DNA of 64,000 nucleotides from Tubulanus polymorphus (Eukaryota; Animalia; Nemertea): NCBI RefSeq assembly GCF_964204645.1, contig NC_134030.1, positions 3,700,778 to 3,764,777 of the forward strand, read 5' to 3'. Shown piece by piece: positions 56,001 to 64,000 of this stretch (position 1 is its first letter; each line of letters starts with the position of its first letter). The notes under the pieces were generated by a model. It saw only the letters and a program-made list of their open reading frames with translations, ran no database searches and was not told where the DNA came from. The position numbers and the translations under genes were made by a program.

Positions 56001-59000
56001 CATTTTAATAGATGATGACATCTTGTATCCTTTTTAATATTTGAAAAATACTTGCAGGCTTTAGTGAAATAAAATCTCGCGCCTTTCTATGAGATGAGAT
56101 TTTGCGCCAGTTTATAGCATGAAATCTCGCGCCATTTTATAAGATGAAACTTCTGAAGAATAACAGCGGTGCATCATCAAGACTACACAGTAGCAAGGTA
56201 TGTTTATAGGTTTAAGGTGACAGCAGGCCCAAAAATTTAGAGATTGAAAACCACAGCACCAGCATCCACACTAAACACATTTGACAAAAACTCGCGCCAT
56301 TTCAATGGATGATGACATCTTGTATCCTTTCTGATAATTGAAAAAAACTAGCGGGCCTCTATGAATTAAAACCGTGCGCCTTTTCATGAGGGGAGATTTC
56401 AAGTCATTTTATGAGATCAAATCTCGCGCCATTTTATTGGATGAAATCTAACAGGAAAAAACACAGTTTATCAAGACAACAAAGGAGCAAGGTATGTTGT
56501 AGGTTTTAGGTGACAGCAGCCTCAAAGTTAACAGATAAAAACCACAGCACCAGCATCCACACTTAACACATTTGTAAAAACTCGCGCCATTTTAATAGAT
56601 GATGACATCTTGTATCCTTTTTGATATTTGAAAAACACTCGCGGGCCTCTATGAAATAAAACTGCGCGCCCTTTTTATGAGATAAAATCTCGCGCAATTT
56701 TATTGGATGAAACTCCTGAAAAAAAAACCACAGTGCATCAAGACTACGCTGTAGCAAGGTATGTTTATAGATTTTAGGTGACAGCAGCCTCAAAACTTTA
56801 CAGATAAAATACAGCACCAGCATCCACACATATCACACATTTGACAAAAACTCGCGCCATTTTAATAGATGATGACATCTTGTATCCTTTTTAATATTTG
56901 AAAAATACTTGCAGGCTTTAATGAAATAAAATCTCGCGCCTTTCTATGAGATGAGATTTTGCGCCAGTTTATAGCATGAAATCTCGCGCCATTTTATAAG
57001 ATGAAACTTCTGAAGAATAACAGCGGTGCATCATCAAGACTACACAGTAGCAAGGTATGTTTATAGGTTTAAGGTGACAGCAGGCCCAAAAATTTAGAGA
57101 TTGAAAACCACAGCACCAGCATCCACACTAAACACATTTGACAAAAACTCGCGCCATTTCAATGGATGATGACATCCTGTATCCTTTTTGATAATTGAAA
57201 AAAACTAGCGGGCCTCTATGAATTAAAAACCGCGTGCCTTTTCTTGAGGGGAGATTTCAAGTCATTTTATGAGATCAAATCTCGCGCCATTTTATTGGAT
57301 GAAATCTAACAGGAAAAAACACAGTTTATCAAGACAACAAAGGGGCAAGGTATGTTGTAGGTTTTAGGTGACAGCAGCCTCAAAGTTAACAGATAAAAAC
57401 CACAGCACCAGCATCCACACTTCACACATTTGTAAAAACTCGCACCATTTTAATAGATGATGTCATCTTGTATCCTTTTTGATATTTGAAAAACACTCGC
57501 GGGCCTCTATGAAATAAAACTGCGCGCTCTTTTTATGAGATAAAATCTCGCGCCATTTTATTGGATCTAACTCCTGAAAAAAAAAAACCCACTGCATCAA
57601 GACTACGCTGTAGCAAGGTATGTTTATAGGTTTTAGGTGACAACAGCCTCAAAACTCTACAGATAAAATGCAGCAACAGCATCGACACTTATCACACATT
57701 TGACGCAAATTCGCGTCTTGCATCCTTTTTGATAATTGAAGAAAATACTCGCGGCTTTTAGAAAAATAAAATCTCGCGCCATTTTATGAGAATTCGCGCC
57801 ATTTTATAGGATGAAATCTCTGATATAGAACCACAGTCCATATAAAAAAAAAGAAGCAATGTTGTAGGTTTTAGGTGACAGCAGCCTCAAAATTTTACAG
57901 TTAAACAACCACAGCACCAGCATCCAAACTTAACACACATTTGATGAAAACTCGCGCCATTTTAATAGAAGACGACATCTTGTTTTAATATTTGAAAAAT
58001 ACTTGCGGGCTTTAATGAAATAAAACCTCGCGCCATTTTATTGGATGAAATCTAACAGGACAAACCACAGTTTATCAAGAGAACAAAGAAGCAAGGTATG
58101 TTTATAGGTTTTAGGTGACAGCAGCCTCAAAGTTAAAAGATAAAAACCACAGCACCAGCATCCACACTTCGCACATTTGACACCAACCTGCGCCATTTAA
58201 ACGGATAATGACATCTTGTGTCCTTTTTGATAATTGAAAAAAACTAGCGGGCCTCTGAATTAAAACCGCGCGCCTTTTCATGAGGGGAGATTTCAAGTCA
58301 TTTTATGAGATCAAATCTCGCGCCATTTTATTGGATGAAATCTAACAGGAAAAAACACAGTTTATCAAGACAACAAAGGGGCAAGGTATGTTGTAGGTTT
58401 TAGGTGACAGCAGCCTCAAAGTTAACAGATAAAAACCACAGCACCAGCATCCACACTTCACACATTTGTAAAAACTCGCACCATTTTAATAGATGATGTC
58501 ATCTTGTATCCTTTTTGATATTTGAAAAACACTCGCGGGCCTCTATGAAATAAAACTGCGCGCTCTTTTTATGAGATAAAATCTCGCGCCATTTTATTGG
58601 ATGAAACTCCTGAAAAAAAAAACCCACTGCATCAAGACTACGCTGTAGCAAGGTATGTTTATAGGTTTTAGGTGACAACAGCCTCAAAACTCTACAGATA
58701 AAATGCAGCAACAGCATCGACACTTATCACACATTTGACGCAAATTCGCGTCTTGCATCCTTTTTGATAATTGAAGAAAATACTCGCGGCTTTTAGAAAA
58801 ATAAAATCTCGCGCCATTTTATGAGAATTCGTGCCATTTTATAGGATGAAATCTCTGATATAGTACCACAGTCCATATTAAAAAAAAGAAGCAAGGTATG
58901 TTGTAGGTTTTAGGTGACAGCAGCCTCAAAATTTTACAGTTAAACAACCACAGCACCAGCATCCAAACTTAACACACATTTGATGAAAACTCGCGCCATT

Positions 59001-62000
59001 TTAATAGAAGACGACATCTTGTTTTAATATTTGAAAAATACTTGCGGGCTTTAATGAAATAAAACCTCGCGCCATTTTATTGGATGAAATCTAACAGGAC
59101 AAACCACAGTTTATCAAGAGAACAAAGAAGCAAGGTATGTTTATAGGTTTTAGGTGACAGCAGCCTCAAAGTTAAAAGATAAAAACCACAGCACCAGCAT
59201 CCACACTTCGCACATTTGACACCAACCTGCGCCATTTAAACGGATAATGACATCTTGTGTCCTTTTTGATAATTGAAAAAAACTAGCGGGCCTCTATGAA
59301 TTAAAACCGCGCGCCTTTTCATGAGGGGAGATTTCAAGTCATTTTATGAGATCAAATCTCGCGCCATTTTATTGGATGAAATCTAACAGGAAAAAACACA
59401 GTTTATCAAGACAACAAAGGAGCAAGGTATGTTGTAGGTTTTAGGTGACAGCAGCCTCAAAGTTAACAGATAAAAACCACAGCACCAGCATCCACACTTA
59501 ACACATTTGTAAAAACTCGCGCCATTTTAATAGATGATGACATCTTGTATCCTTTTTGATATTTGAAAAACACTCGCGGGCCTTTATGAAATAAAACTGC
59601 GCGCCCTTTTTATGAGATAAAATCTCGCGCCATTTTATTGGATGAAACTCCTGAAAAAAAAACCACAGTGCATCAAGACTACGCTGTAGCAAGGTATGTT
59701 TATAGGTTTTAGGTGACAGCAGCCTCAAAACTTTACAGATAAAATACAGCACCAGCATCCACACTTATCACACATTTGACAAAAACTCGCGCCATTTTAA
59801 TAGATGATGACATCTTGTATCCTTTTTAATATTTGAAAAATACTTGCAGGCTTTAATGAAATAAAATCTCACGCCTTTCTATGAGATGAGATTTTGCGCC
59901 AGTTTATAGCATGAAATCTCGCGCCATTTTATAAGATGAAACTTCTGAAGAATAACAGCGGTGCATCATCAAGACTACACAGTAGCAATGTATGTTTATA
60001 GGTTTAAGGTGACAGCAGGCCCAAAAATTTAGAGATTGAAAACCACAGCACCAGCATCCACACTAAACACATTTGACAAAAACTTGCGCCATTTCAATGG
60101 ATGATGACATCCTGTATCCTTTTTGATAATTGAAAAAAACTAGCGGGCCTCTATGAATTAAAACTGCGCGCCTTTTCATGAGGGGAGATTTCAAGTCATT
60201 TTATGAGATCAAATCTCGCGCCATTTCATTGGATGAAATTTAACAGGAAAAAACACAGTTTATCAAGACAACAAAGGGGCAAGGTATGTTGTAGGTTTTA
60301 GGTGACAGCAGCCTCAAAGTTAACAGATAAAAACCACAGCACCAGCATCCACACTTAACACATTTGTAAAAACTCGCACCATTTTAATAGATGATGTCAT
60401 CTTGTATCCTTTTTGATATTTGAAAAACACTCGCGGGCCTCTATGAAATAAAACTGCGCGCTCTTTTTATGAGATAAAATCTCGCGCCATTTTATTGGAT
60501 GAAACTCCTGAAAAAAAAACCCACTGCATCAAGACTACGCTGTAGCAAGGTATGTTTATAGGTTTTAGGTGACAGCAGGCCCAAAAATTCAAAGATTGAA
60601 AACCACAGCACCAGCATCCACACCAAACACATTTGACAAAAACTCGCGCCATTTCAATGGATGATGACATCCTGTATCCTTTTTGATAATCGAAAAAAAA
60701 TAGCGGGCCTCTGTGAATTAAAACCACAGCACCAGCATCCACACTAAACACATTTGACAAAAACTCGCGCCATTTCAATGGATGTTGACATCTTGTATCC
60801 TTTTTGATATTTGAAAAACACTTGCGGGCCTCTATGAAATAAAACTGCGCGCCCTTTTTATGAGATAAAATCTCGCGCCATTTTATTGGATGAAACTCCT
60901 GAAAAGAACCACAGTGCATCAAGACTATGCAGTAGCAAGGTATGTTTATAGGTTTTCGACACTTATCACACATTTGACGCAAATTCGCGCCATTTTAATG
61001 ATGACATCTTGTATCCTTTTTGATTATTGAAGAAAATACTCGCAGCTTTTAGAAAATAAAATCTCGCGCCATTTTATGAGAATTCGCGCCATTTTATAGG
61101 ATGAAATCTCTGATATAGAACCACAGTCCATATAAAAAAAAAGAAGCAAGGTATGTTGTAGGTTTTAGGTGACAGCAGCCTCAAAACTTTACAGATAAAA
61201 CTACAGCACCAGCATCCACACATATCACACATTTGACGCAAACTCGCGCCATTTTAATGATGACATCTTGTATCCTTTTTGATTATTGAAGAAAATACTC
61301 GCAGCTTTTAGAAAATAAAATCTCGCGCCATTTTATGAGAATTCGCGCCATTTTATAGGATGAAATCTCTGATATAGAACCACAGTCCATCAAAATAAAA
61401 CAAGGAGCAAGGTATGTTGTAGGTTTTAGGTGACGGCAGCCTCATAACTTTAAAGATAAAAACCACAGCACCAGCATCCACACATATCACACATTTGACA
61501 AAAACTCGCGCCATTTCAATGGATGATGAGATCTTGTATCCTTTTTTATATTTGAAAAATACTTGCATGCCTCTATGAAATAAAACCCCGTGCCATTTTA
61601 TGAGATGAAATCTCACGCCATTTTATGAGAATTCGCGCCATTTCATAGGATGAAATCTCTGTTATAGAACCACAGTCCATCAAAATAAAACAAGGAGCAA
61701 GGTATGTTGTAGGTTTTAGGTGACAGCAGCCTCAAAACTTGACAGATAAAACCACAGCACCAGCATCCAAACTTAACACTCATTTGATGAAAACTCGCGC
61801 CATTTAAATACATGATGACATCTTGTATCCTTTTTGATAATTTAATATTTGAAAAATATTTGTCGGCTTTAAAGAAATAAAACCTCGCGCCTTTCTGCAA
61901 GAGGGGATCTCGCGCCATTTTATTGGATGAAATGTCAGAGGAAAAACCACTGTACATCAAGACTACACCGTAGCATGGTATGGTTATAGGTTTTAGGTGA

Positions 62001-63700
62001 CAGCAGGCCCAAAAATTTAAAGATTGAAAACCACAGCACCAGCATTCACAATAAAAACACATTTGACAAAAACTCGCGCCAATTTAACAGATTATGACAT
62101 CTTGTATCCTTTTTAATATTTGAAAAATACTTGCGGGCTTTAATGAAATAAAATCTGGCGCCTTACTATGAGATGAGATTTTACGCCAGTTTATAGCAAG
62201 AAATCTCGCGCCATTTTATAAGATGAAACTTCTGAAGAATAACAGTGGTGCATCATCAAGACTACACAGTAGCGAGGTATGTTTATAGGTTTTAGGTGAC
62301 AGCAGGCCCAAAAATTTAAAGATTGAAAACCACAGCACCAGCATTCACACTTAACATACATTTGACGAAAACTCGCACCATTTCAATGGATGATGACATC
62401 TTGTATCCTTTTCGATATTTGAAAAATACTTGCATGCCTCTATGAATTAAAACCGCGCGCCTTTCCATGAGGGGAGATTTCAAGTCATTATATGAGAACA
62501 AATCTCGCGCCATTTCATTGGATGGAATCAAACAGGAAAAACCACAGTTTATCAAGACAACAAAGGAGCAAGGTATGTTGTAGGTTTTAGGTAACAGCAG
62601 CTTCAAAACTTCACCGATAAAAAGAGCACAGCACCAGCATCCACACTTAACACACAATTGATGAAAACTCGCGCCATTTTAATAGATGATGACATCTTGT
62701 ATCCTTTTTGATATTTGAAAAACACTCGCGGGCCTCTATGAAATAAAACCGCGCGCCCTTTTTATGAGATAAAATCTCGCGCCATTTTATTAGATGAAAC
62801 TTCTGAAGAAAAACCACACTGCATCAATACTTCACAGTAGCAAGGTATGTTTATAGGTTTTAGGTAACAGCAGCTTCAAAACTTAACAGATAAAAACCAC
62901 AGCACCAGCATCCACACTTATCACACATTTGACAAAAACTCACGCCATTTTAATAGATGATGACATCTTGTATCCTTTTTAATATTTGAAAAATACTTGC
63001 GGGCTTTAATGAAATAAAATCTTGCGCCTTTCTATGAGATCAAATCTCGCGCCATTTTATTGGATGAAATCTAACAGGAAAAACCACAGTTCATCAAGTC
63101 AACAAAGGAGCAAGGTATGTTTGTAGGTTTTAGGTTTCAGCCTTAAAACTTCACCGATAAAAAGAGCACAGCACCAGCATCCACACTTAACACACGTTTG
63201 ACGAAAACTCGCACCATTTTAATAGATGATTTCTTCTCGTATCCTTTTTGATATTTGAAAAATACTCTCGCGACTTTATGAAATAAAGTTTTGACCCATT
63301 TGATGAGAGGAGATTTCGCGCCATTTTATTGGATGAAACATCTGAAGAATAACAACAATGCATCATCAAGATTACACAGTAGCAAGGTATGTTTATAGAT
63401 TTTAGGTGACAACAGAACAGCCCAAAACTTTACAGATAAAACTACAGCACCAGCAGCATCAACACTTCACACATTTGTCAAAAATTCGCGCCAATTTTAA
63501 TAGATGATGACATCTTGTATCCTTTTTAATATTAACAAAATACTCCGGGCTTTTATGAAATAAAATTGCGCGCCATTTTATGAGAGATTTTAAAAGATGA
63601 AATCTCGCACCGTATTATGTGATGAATCGTGCCTTTTTAAAGGTGATTAAATCTCAGGTGAAAATCCACAGTGCATCATGACTACGCAGTTCCAAGGTAT
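41050..63700. repeat. Satellite DNA array, variable monomer of ~235-305 bp, roughly 80-85 copies
   Basis: Recurrent blocks aggttttaggtgacagcagc, acagcaccagcatccacac, gatgatgacatcttgtatcctttt and multiple ctcgcgccatttt per unit; all head-to-tail; most degenerate at both edges. Confidence 0.97.
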
Positions 63701-64000
63701 GTTTTTTCTTAGGGGATGGCCCCAGACCTGCGTTCTGCGTTCAAAACGAAACCACCCACATATTCCTCTCGCTACGGGTCTCAAATTGGATATGTTCGAA
63801 CTTGGGCAGACCGAGGCAATGATCATTGCCATAGTATTCATTGCTAACGCTGCCCCCACGATATCGCCTTTTGTGCTACTCCCATCGGTACATCATAAAT
63901 TTCTAGAGACGTATGTTTTCAAAGCCTTCATTAAACTGGCTAGGGGTTATCGATGAATTAGGTCGAGGGTTTCTTTCAACAGTATGCTCTTATTTTGACT

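Noticed and set aside
41896-63369. Dozens of similar minus-strand ORFs (e.g. KWREILSHKKGARFYF, CVKCGCWCC) suggesting a Cys-rich gene family
   Set aside because: They are translations of satellite monomers in varying frames, with frequent frameshifts and stops and no splice or domain logic.
41050-63700. Array as CRISPR, retrozyme multimer or rDNA/snRNA tandem
   Set aside because: No unique spacers or cas genes; no CTGANGA...GAAA hammerhead core with stems found in the monomer; no recognisable structural RNA.
63678-63956. 92-aa ORF at the window end
   Set aside because: Starts within degenerate satellite, has no recognisable motif, and context is cut off by the window edge.

Overview
Eukaryotic (metazoan, probably spiralian invertebrate) AT-rich genomic DNA with compact GT-AG intron genes in the first ~38.5 kb and a ~22.6 kb satellite array from ~41.1 kb to ~63.7 kb. 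Genes, assembled by hand from splice sites: an AZI2/TBKBP1/TANK-like TBK1 adaptor with two C-terminal UBZ-type zinc fingers (-); two tandem GGACT genes (+); a GT32 DXD glycosyltransferase (-); a two-kringle secreted protein (-); a cysteine-rich prepropeptide with an inhibitor-cystine-knot (ICK) plus a second 6-Cys domain (+); a group III secreted phospholipase A2 (-); glutathione reductase (+); and a SID-1/SIDT transmembrane gene (-). Highlights: (1) a ~4 kb block of three small secreted-protein genes that looks like a toxin/venom mini-cluster, including a toxin-like precursor the ORF track mostly misses; (2) short inverted-repeat insertions with 12-bp target duplications that carry minimal hammerhead-ribozyme motifs (Penelope-like); (3) matching kB + CRE + AP-1 motif clusters upstream of both the TBK1 adaptor and the SIDT gene; (4) a variable-monomer satellite with local higher-order duplications. 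All protein family calls come from motifs recognised by eye; no searches were run.
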